A DNA stretch of 64,000 bases from an uncultured beta proteobacterium (GTDB taxonomy: Bacteria; Pseudomonadota; Gammaproteobacteria; Burkholderiales; Rhodocyclaceae). The notes under the pieces are model-generated. The model searched no databases and was not told the DNA's origin. It worked only from the letters and a program-made list of their open reading frames with translations. Shown here in pieces: positions 1 through 9,729 of the stretch. The DNA is taken from positions 2,368-66,367 of the forward strand of contig CAJAWW010000011.1 in assembly GCA_903946745.1 (NCBI GenBank). Direction: 5' to 3'. A program made the translations under genes and the position numbers. Numbering within the stretch: the stretch's first letter is position 1; each line of letters begins with the position of its first letter.

Positions 1-935
1 TCGCCCAGCCGCTGGACGATCTTGGCCGGAAGCACAGTTTTTTGCACCTCATTGGCGGCTTCGACGGCTTGCAGTACCTGCAAATTCTGGCCGGCTTCAC
101 TGGCCGTGCGAATCAGCGCCTGCACGTCCTTGGGGAAGCACGAGCCACCATAACCTACGCCGGGGTACAGAAAATGAAAGCCGATGCGCGGGTCTGAGCC
201 GATGCCCTTACGTACCAGTTCGATGTCGGCACCGAGCTTTTCAGCCAGATTCGCCAGCTCGTTCATGAAGCTGATGCGCGTGGCGAGCATGGCGTTGGCA
301 GCGTATTTAGTGAGTTCTGCGCTCTTGACGTCCATCACGATCAGGCGCTCATGATTGCGCTGGAACGGGGCATAGAGTTCGCGCATCAAGGCTACGGCGC
401 GGTCATCCTCCGCACCGACGACGATGCGATCCGGCTTCATGAAGTCTTCAACCGCCGCACCTTCCTTGAGAAATTCCGGGTTGGACACTACGCTGTAATC
501 GGTGGTCTGCCCGCGCGCTTTAAGTTCTTCGGCAATGGCAGCGCGCACCTTGTCGGCGGTGCCAACCGGCACGGTAGATTTGTCCACCACCACTTTGTAG
601 CCATTCATATGGCGGCCGATATTGCGCGCGGCGGCAACGACGTATTGCAAGTCGGCAGAACCATCTTCATCGGGCGGCGTGCCAACGGCGATGAACTGCA
701 ACACGCCAAAGGCGACGGCCTCTTCCACGTCAGTGGTGAAGCGCAAGCGGCCGGCAGCGACGTTCTTTTTCACCATCGCCTCCAGCCCCGGCTCGTAAAT
801 CGGAATGCCACCGTCCTTGAGCAGACGAATCTTGTTGGCATCTACATCCAGACACAATACGTCGTTGCCAACGTCGGCCAGACAGGTGCCGGAAACCAGT
901 CCGACATAGCCAGTACCAATGACGGTAATTTTCAT
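1..935 (-). CDS. ugd: UDP-glucose 6-dehydrogenase (C-terminal part lies outside the window)
   Basis: Absent from the ORF track because it runs off the window edge. Reverse translation from the ATG at 935-933 reads [32 protein letters not shown]...[19 protein letters not shown]. That gives a Rossmann GxGxxG N-terminus and the catalytic GGSCFPKD motif of UDP-glucose/GDP-mannose dehydrogenases. Confidence 0.9.
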   Translation of the reverse strand, partial: MKITVIGTGYVGLVSGTCLADVGNDVLCLDVDANKIRLLKDGGIPIYEPGLEAMVKKNVAAGRLRFTTDVEEAVAFGVLQFIAVGTPPDEDGSADLQYVVAAARNIGRHMNGYKVVVDKSTVPVGTADKVRAAIAEELKARGQTTDYSVVSNPEFLKEGAAVEDFMKPDRIVVGAEDDRAVALMRELYAPFQRNHERLIVMDVKSAELTKYAANAMLATRISFMNELANLAEKLGADIELVRKGIGSDPRIGFHFLYPGVGYGGSCFPKDVQALIRTASEAGQNLQVLQAVEAANEVQKTVLPAKIVQRLG

Positions 936-956
936 GAAAGCCTCAAAGGAAAATCG

Positions 957-2132
957 CTAGGGGTTGATGTCGAATTCTTCGGTGCGTTTGGGCGGGTAAG
1001 TCTCCCAGCCGCCGCAACCGGGGCAGCGCCAGTAGAACTGCCGCGCCTTGAAACCGCACGCATCGCAACGATAACGCGCCACGCGCCGGGTGTGATTGTG
1101 AATCAGGTTTTTAATGAGTTCCAGATCAGAGCGACGCTCCGGCGGCGCGACCAGAATCTGCGCTTCGAGCAGTTTGTCCAGCCCTAGCAAGGTGGGGTTG
1201 CGCCGCAGTTCGTCGCGCACCAGCGTGTACGCCGCTTCGGGGCTGCCGGTTTCGAGTTCGGCACGAAATACCGCTTCGAGCAGATCGAGTGAGGGGTGAT
1301 GTTCCAGCCAGTTGCGCAGCAGTGCGATGCCCTGCTCGCGCCGACCTTGCGCCTGATGCAGTGCCATGAGCTTTTCGGCGACCAGCGAGAGATACACCGG
1401 GTTTTGCTGCTCGACGCGAATCCAGTGTTCGGTTGCCGTCTCTTCATCGTCGACTTTTGCCGCTAGCTCGGCCAGCAACAAGGTGGCGCGTACACATTTG
1501 CGGTTGGCTGTCAGCGCCTCGTTGAGCAGTTTTCGCGCGGCATCATGGCGCTCGGCCTGCATCTCGATGGCCGCCAGTTCGCAATGAAACTCAGCCACTT
1601 CCCGTTGCCACAAGTGGTCGGAATGATTGGGCATGGCTTCGGCGATGTCGATGGCTTTTGCCCACTCTTTTTCCTGCTGATAGATTTCCAGCAGGTTCTT
1701 CAATGCTTCCTCGTCGTTGGCGGTGCCACGCAGTTTGAGGAAAATATCTTCGGCACGATCCAGCAACCCCGCCTTGAGATAATCCTGCCCCAGTTCAGAC
1801 AATGCATGCAGGCGTTGTGCGTCCGTCAGGCCGTCGCGCTCCATCAGATTTTGATGCACGCGAATCGCCCGGTCGGTTTCACCACGCCGGCGAAAGAGAC
1901 TGCCCAGCGCAAAGTGCAGTTCGATGGTTTCCGGATCAACGCGCGCGGCCTCGATGAAGGCTTCGATCGCCTGATCGGGCTGTTCGTTGAGCAGAAAGTT
2001 CAGCCCCTTGAAATAGGAGCGCGGCAAGGCGCGCGATTCTTGCAACAGGTGCTTGATGTCGATACGCGCCGCCACCCAGCCCATGACAAAAAAGACCGGC
2101 AAAGCCAGCAGCCACCAGAGTTGAATTTCCAT
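957..2132 (-). CDS. lapB: Lipopolysaccharide assembly protein LapB (YciM), TPR plus rubredoxin-type zinc finger
   Basis: 391 aa with an N-terminal TM helix (LWWLLALPVFFVMGWVAA), TPR-like repeats and a C-terminal CDACGF...CPGCGGW metal-binding motif. Lies immediately downstream of lapA, as in other proteobacteria. Confidence 0.9.
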   Translation of the reverse strand: MEIQLWWLLALPVFFVMGWVAARIDIKHLLQESRALPRSYFKGLNFLLNEQPDQAIEAFIEAARVDPETIELHFALGSLFRRRGETDRAIRVHQNLMERDGLTDAQRLHALSELGQDYLKAGLLDRAEDIFLKLRGTANDEEALKNLLEIYQQEKEWAKAIDIAEAMPNHSDHLWQREVAEFHCELAAIEMQAERHDAARKLLNEALTANRKCVRATLLLAELAAKVDDEETATEHWIRVEQQNPVYLSLVAEKLMALHQAQGRREQGIALLRNWLEHHPSLDLLEAVFRAELETGSPEAAYTLVRDELRRNPTLLGLDKLLEAQILVAPPERRSDLELIKNLIHNHTRRVARYRCDACGFKARQFYWRCPGCGGWETYPPKRTEEFDINP

Positions 2133-2136
2133 GTGC

Positions 2137-2400
2137 TTAGTGAGGCTTGTTCGGGTCGAGTGGTTTCGGACGCAGCCAGGATTTAAGCGCGGAACTGAGT
2201 CCCACCGTCAAACCCAGCGCCACACCCGCCGCAAAAACCGCCAGCACTACCACGGATACCGGGGCAACCCAGTTGCGGTCAAAGAAAAAACGCAATTCCA
2301 TCGGCCCGCTATTTTTGATCGCCAGCCCAAGCAATGCGATAAATACCACGATGCGCAACAGCCAGGCAAGCACGCGTATCAGTGTCGCAAGACCGTTCAT
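2137..2400 (-). CDS. lapA: Lipopolysaccharide assembly protein LapA (YciS, DUF1049), small 2-TM protein
   Basis: 87 aa with two hydrophobic helices. Position between ihfB and lapB is conserved. Confidence 0.8.
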   Translation of the reverse strand: MNGLATLIRVLAWLLRIVVFIALLGLAIKNSGPMELRFFFDRNWVAPVSVVVLAVFAAGVALGLTVGLSSALKSWLRPKPLDPNKPH

Positions 2401-2414
2401 GCGCTCGCCACATT

Positions 2415-2456
2415 AAATAAAAAACACAAAAAAACGGCACCCATGACAGGTGCCGC
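2415..2456 (-). terminator. Rho-independent terminator downstream of ihfB
   Basis: cggcacc (2435-2441) and ggtgccg (2449-2455) form a 7-bp GC stem with a 7-nt loop. On the minus strand it is followed by a T-rich run (complement of the A-run at 2419-2434). Confidence 0.65.
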
Positions 2457-2482
2457 TTCCATGCCAGCCAACCGCATGCGAC

Positions 2483-2767
2483 TCATGGCCGGTAGTCGAC
2501 CCGTTCCCGCAATTCCTTGCCAGCCTTGAAGTGGGGTACATATTTTTCAGGTACATCCACTTTATCACCCGACTTGGGATTGCGACCGAGACGCGGTGGT
2601 CGGTAGTTCAGCGCAAAACTGCCGAAGCCGCGAATCTCGATGCGATCACCGTTGGCAAGCGCTGCGGTGAGGGCATCGAGCATCATTTTCACGGCAAAGT
2701 CGGCATCCTTCGCCACGAGTTGCGGAAACCGCTCCGCAAGCCGGGCGATGAGCTCCGATTTAGTCAT
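2483..2767 (-). CDS. ihfB: Integration host factor subunit beta
   Basis: 94 aa, [17 protein letters not shown]...[28 protein letters not shown]. Typical HU/IHF fold sequence directly after rpsA. Confidence 0.95.
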   Translation of the reverse strand: MTKSELIARLAERFPQLVAKDADFAVKMMLDALTAALANGDRIEIRGFGSFALNYRPPRLGRNPKSGDKVDVPEKYVPHFKAGKELRERVDYRP

Positions 2768-2782
2768 TAGATTGCCTGTAGC

Positions 2783-4501
2783 TTAGTTCTGATTGAGCTT
2801 GGCATTGAGCAGCGCGCCCAGATTGGTCGTGCCGCTGCTGGCTGCGCTGGTGTCCGATGCAATCTTCTGCATCGCCTGGCTTTGCTCGACCTGATCTTTG
2901 GCCTTGATCGACAGGTTGATCGCACGGGTCTTGCGGTCAACGTTGGTAATCAGGGTTTCAATCACATCGCCCACTTTCAGGTGCTGCGTCAGATCTTCGA
3001 TACGGTCACGCGAGAACTCGGAGACGCGCAGATAACCTTCGACATCATCACCCAGGCTGATCGTGGCACCGCGCTGATCGACGGCGGTTACTGTGCCGGA
3101 AACCAGGCTGTTCTTGTCGTGCGTGGCAATGAAACTGGTGAAGGGGTCGCCATCCATCTGCTTGACGCCGAGAGAAATACGCTCTTTCTCGACATCGATG
3201 GACAACACCACGGCCTCGACTTCGTCGCCCTTCTTGAAATTCTGCTTGGCTTCTTCGCCCGCAGCAGACCAGGAAAGATCGGACAAATGCACCAGACCAT
3301 CGATACCACCGGGCAGACCAATGAAAATACCGAAATCGGTGATCGACTTGATTGCACCACGGACTTTGTCGCCCTTCTTGTGGTTCATCGAAAAATCTTC
3401 CCACGGATTCGCCATGCACTGCTTCATGCCCAGGCTGATCCGGCGACGATCTTCGTCGATTTCGAGAATCATCACTTCGACTTCCTCGCCCAGCTGGACA
3501 ACCTTGGTCGGGTGAATGTTCTTGTTCGTCCAGTCCATTTCAGAGACGTGCACCAAGCCTTCAATACCCTGCTCGATTTCAACAAACGAACCGTAATCGG
3601 TGAGGTTGGTGACCTTGCCGAACAGACGCGTGCCCTGCGGGTAACGGCGGGCGATTCCCACCCACGGATCTTCGCCCAACTGCTTCATGCCGAGGCTGAC
3701 GCGATTCTTTTCCTGATCGAACTTGAGCACCTTGGCGGTGACTTCATCACCGACATTGAGCACTTCCGACGGGTGACGCACGCGACGCCAGGCCAGATCG
3801 GTAATGTGCAGCAGGCCATCAATACCGCCGAGATCAACGAACGCACCGTAATCGGTGATGTTCTTGACGATACCCTTGATGATGGTGCCTTCAGCGAGGT
3901 TTTCGAGCAGCTTCTGACGGTCTTCGCCCATGCTGGCTTCCATCACGGCGCGACGCGAAACGACCACGTTGTTGCGCTTGCGGTCGAGCTTGATAACCTT
4001 GAATTCGTATTCCTTGCCCTCAAACGGCGTGGTGTCCTTGACCGGACGGGTATCGACCAGCGAACCCGGCAGGAAAGCACGAATGCCATTGACCATGACG
4101 GTCAGACCGCCCTTGACCTTGCCGGTAATCAGACCCTTGACCAGAACCGAATCATTCATGGCCTTGTCCAGATCGTTCCAGGCGGCGATGCGCTTGGCTT
4201 TTTCGCGGCTCAAGCGCGTTGCGCCGTAACCGTCTTCGAGCATTTCAATGGCGACTTGAACAAAGTCACCCGGCGTGGCTTCGACTTCACCGCGCTCGTT
4301 ATGAAACTCTTCGGCGGGGATCATGCTTTCCGATTTGAGTCCGGCATTGACGACCACAAAATTCTGGTCGATGCGGATAATTTCGGCGGTAATCACTTCA
4401 CCGGCGCGCATTTCCTGACGCTGGAGGCTTTCCTCAAACAGGGCGGCAAAGCTCTCCATGGGGGAGCCGCCATCAGTGGCGGCAATCGCTGCAGTAGACA
4501 T
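2783..4501 (-). CDS. rpsA: 30S ribosomal protein S1
   Basis: 572 aa with six S1 repeats and the [12 protein letters not shown]-terminal signature. An alternative start exists at 4459 (MESFAALF), but no Shine-Dalgarno sequence is visible there. Confidence 0.95.
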   Translation of the reverse strand: MSTAAIAATDGGSPMESFAALFEESLQRQEMRAGEVITAEIIRIDQNFVVVNAGLKSESMIPAEEFHNERGEVEATPGDFVQVAIEMLEDGYGATRLSREKAKRIAAWNDLDKAMNDSVLVKGLITGKVKGGLTVMVNGIRAFLPGSLVDTRPVKDTTPFEGKEYEFKVIKLDRKRNNVVVSRRAVMEASMGEDRQKLLENLAEGTIIKGIVKNITDYGAFVDLGGIDGLLHITDLAWRRVRHPSEVLNVGDEVTAKVLKFDQEKNRVSLGMKQLGEDPWVGIARRYPQGTRLFGKVTNLTDYGSFVEIEQGIEGLVHVSEMDWTNKNIHPTKVVQLGEEVEVMILEIDEDRRRISLGMKQCMANPWEDFSMNHKKGDKVRGAIKSITDFGIFIGLPGGIDGLVHLSDLSWSAAGEEAKQNFKKGDEVEAVVLSIDVEKERISLGVKQMDGDPFTSFIATHDKNSLVSGTVTAVDQRGATISLGDDVEGYLRVSEFSRDRIEDLTQHLKVGDVIETLITNVDRKTRAINLSIKAKDQVEQSQAMQKIASDTSAASSGTTNLGALLNAKLNQN

Positions 4502-4617
4502 TAAATTAAGACCTTACAGAGGTGTGTCACCCCAAAATGCGGTGACGGGTTGGTTACTCTTCGCTGCGGGATCGGGCGACCCGGCAGCACCTTTGCTACA
4601 AAAACCACAAAAACTTC

Positions 4618-6597
4618 TTATACATCAATACGAATATCAACACGACGCCGCTCATTGACAATTTCCATCACGGCGGCGACCGCTTCTTCTATGCCAAGAT
4701 GGGTTGTTTCCACCAACTGAGCATCCTCGCATTGCTGGAGTGGTGCCACGCTACGTTGGGCGTCGCGCGCATCACGTTCCTGCAAATCCTGCAAAAGGGC
4801 GTGAATGTTAGCAGGCATCCCCTTTGCGATCAACTGTTTATAGCGTCTTTCTGCACGCGCTTGCGCTGACGCCGTCAAAAATATCTTGGCCACCGCCGCA
4901 GGAAACACCACCGAGCCCATATCACGGCCATCCGCCACCAGACCGGGGAAGCGGCGATAGGCGTGCTGACGGTCTAGCAACGCCGCGCGCACCGCCGGTA
5001 AAGCCGCCACCTTCGACGATCCGGCAGAAATTTGTTCGGTGCGAATCGCATCAGTCACATCGTCGCCGCCGAGCAGAATGCGTCCGCCTTCAAACACTGC
5101 CGGCAGCGTGGCGGCCAGCGGCGCAACGCCGGCCTCATCGTCCAGCGCCACGCCGGCACGAATGGCCGCCAGCGCCGTCAGGCGATACAACGAACCGCTG
5201 TCGAGGTAGTGATAACCGAGTGCTGTCGCCACGCGCTCGGCCACCGTGCCCTTGCCCGAGGCCGACGGGCCATCAATGGCGATCACCGGCGCAGTGATTT
5301 CAGCAAAGGCATCAAAATAATCGGGGAAGGTCTTGGCCACGCACGTCGGATCATTGATGGTTACCGGCACCCCGCCCAGCGCCGCCAGCGAAAAACACAT
5401 CGCCATGCGGTGATCGTCGTAGGTATCAATGGCGGCATTGGGCTGAATAGTTCCCGAAGGGACGCAGCGCGCTGACGGTAAATATACGGCAATGGAATCC
5501 GCGCCCTCTTCCACCGTCGCCCCCAGTTTGCGCAATTCGGTCGCCATGGCGGCAATGCGGTCGGTTTCCTTGACGCGCCACGAGGCGATGTTGCGCAACA
5601 CGCAGCGGCCATCGGCAAACAAGGCCGCAATCGCCAACGTCATCGCGGCATCCGGGATCAGATTGAGATCGAGATCGAACGCTCGCAGCTTTCCGGCAAC
5701 CGGCGCTTGCGCCTCGATCCAGTTGTCGCCCCAGGTAATGCGTGCGCCGAGTTTTTCCAGCGCATCGGCAAAGCGCACGTCGCCTTGAATGCTGGCGCGC
5801 CCCACGCCCTCCACCCGCACGGGGCCGCCCCCGATGGCACCGGCGGCCAAGAAGTACGACGCCGACGACGCATCGCCCTCGACATACATCACGCCGGGGC
5901 TGCGATACGACTGTCCTGCGGCAATGGTGAAACGCGCCCAGTCCGTGCGTTCGACGCTCACGCCAAACCGCGCCATCAGGTTGAGCGTGATTTCGATGTA
6001 CGGCTTGGAAATCAGTTCGGTCGTCATTTCAATCACCGCCGCCTTTTTGGTCAGCGGAAGACTCATCAGCAGGGCGGTGAGAAATTGCGAAGACACATCG
6101 CCGCGCACGCGGATCACCGGCGGGACGGTGATTGTCGCCGGCCGGAGTTGCAACGGCGGAAAGCCCTCATTGCCGGTGTAGTCAATCACCGCACCCAGTT
6201 GCCGCAAGCCATCGACCAGATCGCCAATCGGCCGCTCATGCATGCGTGACACGCCGGAAAGCCGGTAATCGCCTCCGCTCAAAGCCAGCGCCGCAGTCAG
6301 CGGCCGGATCGCCGTGCCGGCATTGCCCATGAATAAATCGGCATCCTTGATCGGGAAGTTGCCACCGCAACCCACAACGTGAAAAGCATTTCTGCCCAGC
6401 GCCGTGACACCAACGCCAACTTTCCGCAACGCATCAAGCATCACGCGTGTGTCGTCCGAATCCAGCAAATCGCGAATCTCTGTTTCACCCCGCGCCAGCG
6501 CGGCGAGCAGCAACATGCGGTTGGAAATACTTTTGGAACCCGGCAGCCGAATGGTGCCGGAGGCATTTTTCAGGGCGGGAATATTGAGGTGATTCAT
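4618..6597 (-). CDS. aroA/cmk: Bifunctional 3-phosphoshikimate 1-carboxyvinyltransferase / cytidylate kinase (single fused ORF)
   Basis: 659 aa. Residues 1 to about 435 are a full EPSP synthase ([18 protein letters not shown]...[13 protein letters not shown]). Residues from about 438 to the end are a full cytidylate kinase ([15 protein letters not shown]-loop). No stop or frameshift at the junction near 5285-5300. Confidence 0.9.
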   Translation of the reverse strand: MNHLNIPALKNASGTIRLPGSKSISNRMLLLAALARGETEIRDLLDSDDTRVMLDALRKVGVGVTALGRNAFHVVGCGGNFPIKDADLFMGNAGTAIRPLTAALALSGGDYRLSGVSRMHERPIGDLVDGLRQLGAVIDYTGNEGFPPLQLRPATITVPPVIRVRGDVSSQFLTALLMSLPLTKKAAVIEMTTELISKPYIEITLNLMARFGVSVERTDWARFTIAAGQSYRSPGVMYVEGDASSASYFLAAGAIGGGPVRVEGVGRASIQGDVRFADALEKLGARITWGDNWIEAQAPVAGKLRAFDLDLNLIPDAAMTLAIAALFADGRCVLRNIASWRVKETDRIAAMATELRKLGATVEEGADSIAVYLPSARCVPSGTIQPNAAIDTYDDHRMAMCFSLAALGGVPVTINDPTCVAKTFPDYFDAFAEITAPVIAIDGPSASGKGTVAERVATALGYHYLDSGSLYRLTALAAIRAGVALDDEAGVAPLAATLPAVFEGGRILLGGDDVTDAIRTEQISAGSSKVAALPAVRAALLDRQHAYRRFPGLVADGRDMGSVVFPAAVAKIFLTASAQARAERRYKQLIAKGMPANIHALLQDLQERDARDAQRSVAPLQQCEDAQLVETTHLGIEEAVAAVMEIVNERRRVDIRIDV

Positions 6598-6625
6598 GGG
6601 CGTATTGATTGAGAAAACTTGTGGA

Positions 6626-6772
6626 CTAAGTGGCTAATGCACTGACGGTTGCCATCAATTGCTCTACCTCTGCAACAACTGCCACGCGATCAATCGGTGC
6701 CTCGGATTCCATCAACCCGGATTCATAACGCGCCATGCGCAGCAACCCTTGTGCTCGATCAAGCGCGCACAT
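6626..6772 (-). pseudogene. Possible truncated HEPN-toxin remnant downstream of the MNT gene
   Basis: 48-codon ORF (MCALDRAQGLLRMARYESGLMES...) whose ATG at 6772 overlaps the MNT stop at 6759-6761. It resembles only the first helix of HEPN partners and has no Rx4-6H motif. Only about 160 nt remain before the aroA start, too short for a full HEPN domain. Confidence 0.25.
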
Positions 6773-7109
6773 GCAGAATCTTTCCTTCACGTTGAGCGCG
6801 ACCAATGATATGGTGTGCAGAGTCTTTAAGCTGCTCGAACTCATCACGACTGTAGAGCAGTAAATCCTTTGAAATCTGTAACTTACGCAGAGCAATATAC
6901 AGGCGCGCCGTTTCCTGGCGGCGACTACGCTGCGAATTGAAAGGTTCGCGCTCAACGATCAAGAGATCAATATCGGAATCTTCGCGTGCGTCACCACGCG
7001 CGCGGGAACCGAACAAGATCACAGTATCCGGATCAGCTTCGCGGACAATCGTATCAACGATCTCCGTAATGAGGCTATCTTCATTGTTCCGCATTTTCGA
7101 CATCTCCAT
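6759..7109 (-). CDS. Minimal nucleotidyltransferase (MNT/MntA-type antitoxin family)
   Basis: 116 aa with ILFGSRARGDAREDSDIDLLIV, the GSxxRG...DxD polymerase-beta-type nucleotidyltransferase signature of HEPN/MNT modules. Confidence 0.8.
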   Translation of the reverse strand: MEMSKMRNNEDSLITEIVDTIVREADPDTVILFGSRARGDAREDSDIDLLIVEREPFNSQRSRRQETARLYIALRKLQISKDLLLYSRDEFEQLKDSAHHIIGRAQREGKILHVRA

Positions 7110-7229
7110 TGCAATAGATGATTGGAAACCGTCGTCTCGCCAGCGTCGACTTTTCAGAATATCTGCCCCAGTCCTCTTTAAGAGTCAAAGGGGCCAGGCT
7201 CGAATTCCACAATCTTTTACAATATCTAT

Positions 7230-7610
7230 TCATTTCGCCATTGCCACAGGAAGGTAAGGACTCGCGGGATTAACGGTCAATCGTTGTGTAGCCGGATGAA
7301 GCACCAGATCCATCATTTCCATTGGCACAGCACCCAACAATGGCTCGTCGCCAAATACGAGTGCAGACAGATCGCAATAACGGTCACTGAAATGCACCCG
7401 CAGGGGGCCAATCATGGGAACAACCCGGCGCGAACCATCGGCCAAAATAAACTCACGCTGACTCACCTCCGTAAGATCAAATCCCAATTGAATCGCCATG
7501 TGCTCAGGAATAATCATAAAGACCGCGCCTGAGTCGACCAGCGCACGCGTATCGATCCGACGCTTATCCCACACGCTTTCGAGTTGAATATCGGCGTAAG
7601 TCAGTCCCAT
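7230..7610 (-). CDS. Retropepsin-like (clan AA) aspartic protease, soluble single-domain form
   Basis: 126 aa. LVDSGAVFMIIP carries the D-S/T-G-A active-site motif of retropepsin-like proteases. No signal peptide or TM helix. Confidence 0.7.
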   Translation of the reverse strand: MGLTYADIQLESVWDKRRIDTRALVDSGAVFMIIPEHMAIQLGFDLTEVSQREFILADGSRRVVPMIGPLRVHFSDRYCDLSALVFGDEPLLGAVPMEMMDLVLHPATQRLTVNPASPYLPVAMAK

Positions 7611-7734
7611 GATGGCTTTCCTTTTTCACGGGTTGGAAATTTGCTCGTCCGGCTCACAACAGCGCTTTTGCGAACTTCAAAGACGGTGGACATGGCAATC
7701 TCCCACAGACATGACAGATGCAATGATAGTCCGG

Positions 7735-8616
7735 CTACTCGCCGGGTGGTAACAAGGAATCCAGCCAGGCATCACGCCGATCGCGGGCTGTGGCGAACAG
7801 GGTCGACAATCCTTCAGCATTAGCGCCCGCCAGTAAAACCCGAACGCGCATCAGTTCGGCCATGTAGGCATCGAGTTCAGACAGCAACGCGCCCCGGTTG
7901 GCAACACAGATGTCGCGCCACATTTCCGGATGGCTGCTGGCGATCCGGGTGAAATCACGAAAACCGCCGGCGGCGAAGTCGAATAGTTGATCGGCATTGT
8001 CACGCCCGGCCAACTCATGCACCAGCGCAAACGCCAGCAAGTGCGGCAGATGACTGACGGCGGCGAAGATTTTGTCGTGCGCTTCCGGCGTCAATTGTGA
8101 AACCCGTGCGCCACAAGCTTCCCATGCCGCTTGAACGCGCGCCACATCGGCGGGCGCATTCTCCGGCAGCGGTGTGAGCACAACCCGTTTATCGCGATAC
8201 AGATCGACCTGCGCGGCCGCGACGCCGCTTTTCTCGGCACCGGCAATGGGATGGCCGGGTACGAACTGGCTGATTTTTTTACCGAAGGCGGCGCGCGCGG
8301 CAGCGACCACGTCGGACTTGGTGCTGCCGGCATCGGTCACCACGGTCTGCGCTTGCAGATGCGGCACCATGGCACGCATCACCTCGGGCATCTGGCCGAC
8401 CGGCATGCCCAGTAACACCAGATCGGCATCGTTGAGTACTGCCGCCCAGTCGGTGGTGAAGCTATCGATGACGCCGAGTGCCAGCGCTTGTTCCAGAGGC
8501 GCGCGATTTCGCCCCATGCCGACAACTTGCCGTATCCCCAGCGTCGACTTTTTGCAGGCCAGCGCAAACGAACCCCCAATGAGGCCAACGCCGCAGACCA
8601 CAATTTTTTTGAACAT
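7735..8616 (-). CDS. tyrA: Prephenate/arogenate dehydrogenase
   Basis: 293 aa with an N-terminal VCGVGLIGGSFA Rossmann motif. Conserved position between hisC and aroA. Confidence 0.9.
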   Translation of the reverse strand: MFKKIVVCGVGLIGGSFALACKKSTLGIRQVVGMGRNRAPLEQALALGVIDSFTTDWAAVLNDADLVLLGMPVGQMPEVMRAMVPHLQAQTVVTDAGSTKSDVVAAARAAFGKKISQFVPGHPIAGAEKSGVAAAQVDLYRDKRVVLTPLPENAPADVARVQAAWEACGARVSQLTPEAHDKIFAAVSHLPHLLAFALVHELAGRDNADQLFDFAAGGFRDFTRIASSHPEMWRDICVANRGALLSELDAYMAELMRVRVLLAGANAEGLSTLFATARDRRDAWLDSLLPPGE

Positions 8617-9719
8617 TACGCCAGCGCCTGATGCAGTGATTGTTCCAACGCTTCAAGAAACCGGGCATTTTCCGCCTCCAGCCCGATGGTGACGCGCAGA
8701 TGATTGGGCAGGCCGTAACCGGCAATCGGCCGCACGATGACGCCCTGCTTGAGCAAGCGCGCATTGACTGCTGCGCTGTCGTGCACCGCGACGGTGACAA
8801 AGTTGCCGTGCGACGGAATGTGCGCTAGACCAAGGCGCTTGATGCCGGCGACGATCTGTTCCATGCCGTGCCGGTTCAGCTGGTAGCTTTCGGCCAGGAA
8901 CGCATGGTCGTCGAGTGCTGCCAGCGCGGCTGCCAGCGCCAGATTATTGACGTTGAAGGGTTGCCGCACGCGATTCATGAGATCGGCTACGCCCGCCGAG
9001 GCAATCGCATAGCCAACCCGCAGCCCGGCCAGACCGTAGATTTTGGAGAAGGTGCGGGTGACGATCAGGTTGGAAAACTCTCGCAACCACGCTACGGTAT
9101 CGACGCGGTCGGCGGGTGCCAGATAGTCGTTGTAAGCCTCGTCGAGCACCACGGCGACATGCGCTGGAATCTGCGAGATAAAAGCGCGCAACGTGGCGGC
9201 CGGCAGAAAATTACCCGTCGGGTTGTTGGGGTTGGCGATCCACACCACCTGCGTGTCGGAACGGATGGCGGCCAGCATCGCCGCCGGATCGTGGCCGTAG
9301 TGATGCGCCGGCGCAACCACGCATTCGGCACCGGTCGCCAGCGTGGCCAGCGGATAGACGGCGAAAGCGTGTTGCGAAAATACGGCGGAACGGCCGGGTG
9401 CGAGGAACACGCGTGCGGCCATATCGAGTACATCGTTGGAACCGTTTCCCAGCACGATCTGTGCCGCATCAACGCCATGCCGCTCGGCCAGCGCGCGGAT
9501 CAGGTCAAACTGATCGGGGTAACGCTCGATGCCGGCCAACGCGGCCTCAACCGCCTTTTTCGCACGCGGACTGACACCCAGCGGGTTTTCGTTGGAGGCC
9601 AGCTTGACGATGCGGTCGACCGGAATGCCCATCTCGCGGGCCAGTTCGGTGATGGGTTTTCCCGGCACATAGGGCGAAATGCCACGGACGTAAGAGGGAG
9701 CCTGTTTGACAATGCTCAT
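8616..9719 (-). CDS. hisC: Histidinol-phosphate/aromatic aminotransferase
   Basis: 367 aa class-II aminotransferase (ASNENPLG..., RTFSKIYGLAGLRVGY with the PLP lysine). One-nucleotide stop/start overlap with tyrA. Confidence 0.9.
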   Translation of the reverse strand: MSIVKQAPSYVRGISPYVPGKPITELAREMGIPVDRIVKLASNENPLGVSPRAKKAVEAALAGIERYPDQFDLIRALAERHGVDAAQIVLGNGSNDVLDMAARVFLAPGRSAVFSQHAFAVYPLATLATGAECVVAPAHHYGHDPAAMLAAIRSDTQVVWIANPNNPTGNFLPAATLRAFISQIPAHVAVVLDEAYNDYLAPADRVDTVAWLREFSNLIVTRTFSKIYGLAGLRVGYAIASAGVADLMNRVRQPFNVNNLALAAALAALDDHAFLAESYQLNRHGMEQIVAGIKRLGLAHIPSHGNFVTVAVHDSAAVNARLLKQGVIVRPIAGYGLPNHLRVTIGLEAENARFLEALEQSLHQALA

Positions 9720-9729
9720 GGAATGCGCC

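Noticed and set aside
351-1187. 278-aa plus-strand ORF at the window start
   Set aside because: It overlaps the ugd N-terminus and lapB C-terminus on the other strand. No motifs.
2882-4504. 540-aa plus-strand ORF covering almost all of rpsA
   Set aside because: It is antisense to a certain gene (S1), has no recognisable motifs and an Asp/Gly/His-rich composition typical of shadow ORFs in G+C-rich DNA.
6626-6955. 109-aa ORF overlapping the MNT gene in another frame
   Set aside because: Only the last 48 codons, downstream of the MNT stop, are plausibly coding, and even that only as a HEPN remnant. The rest is an overlap artefact.
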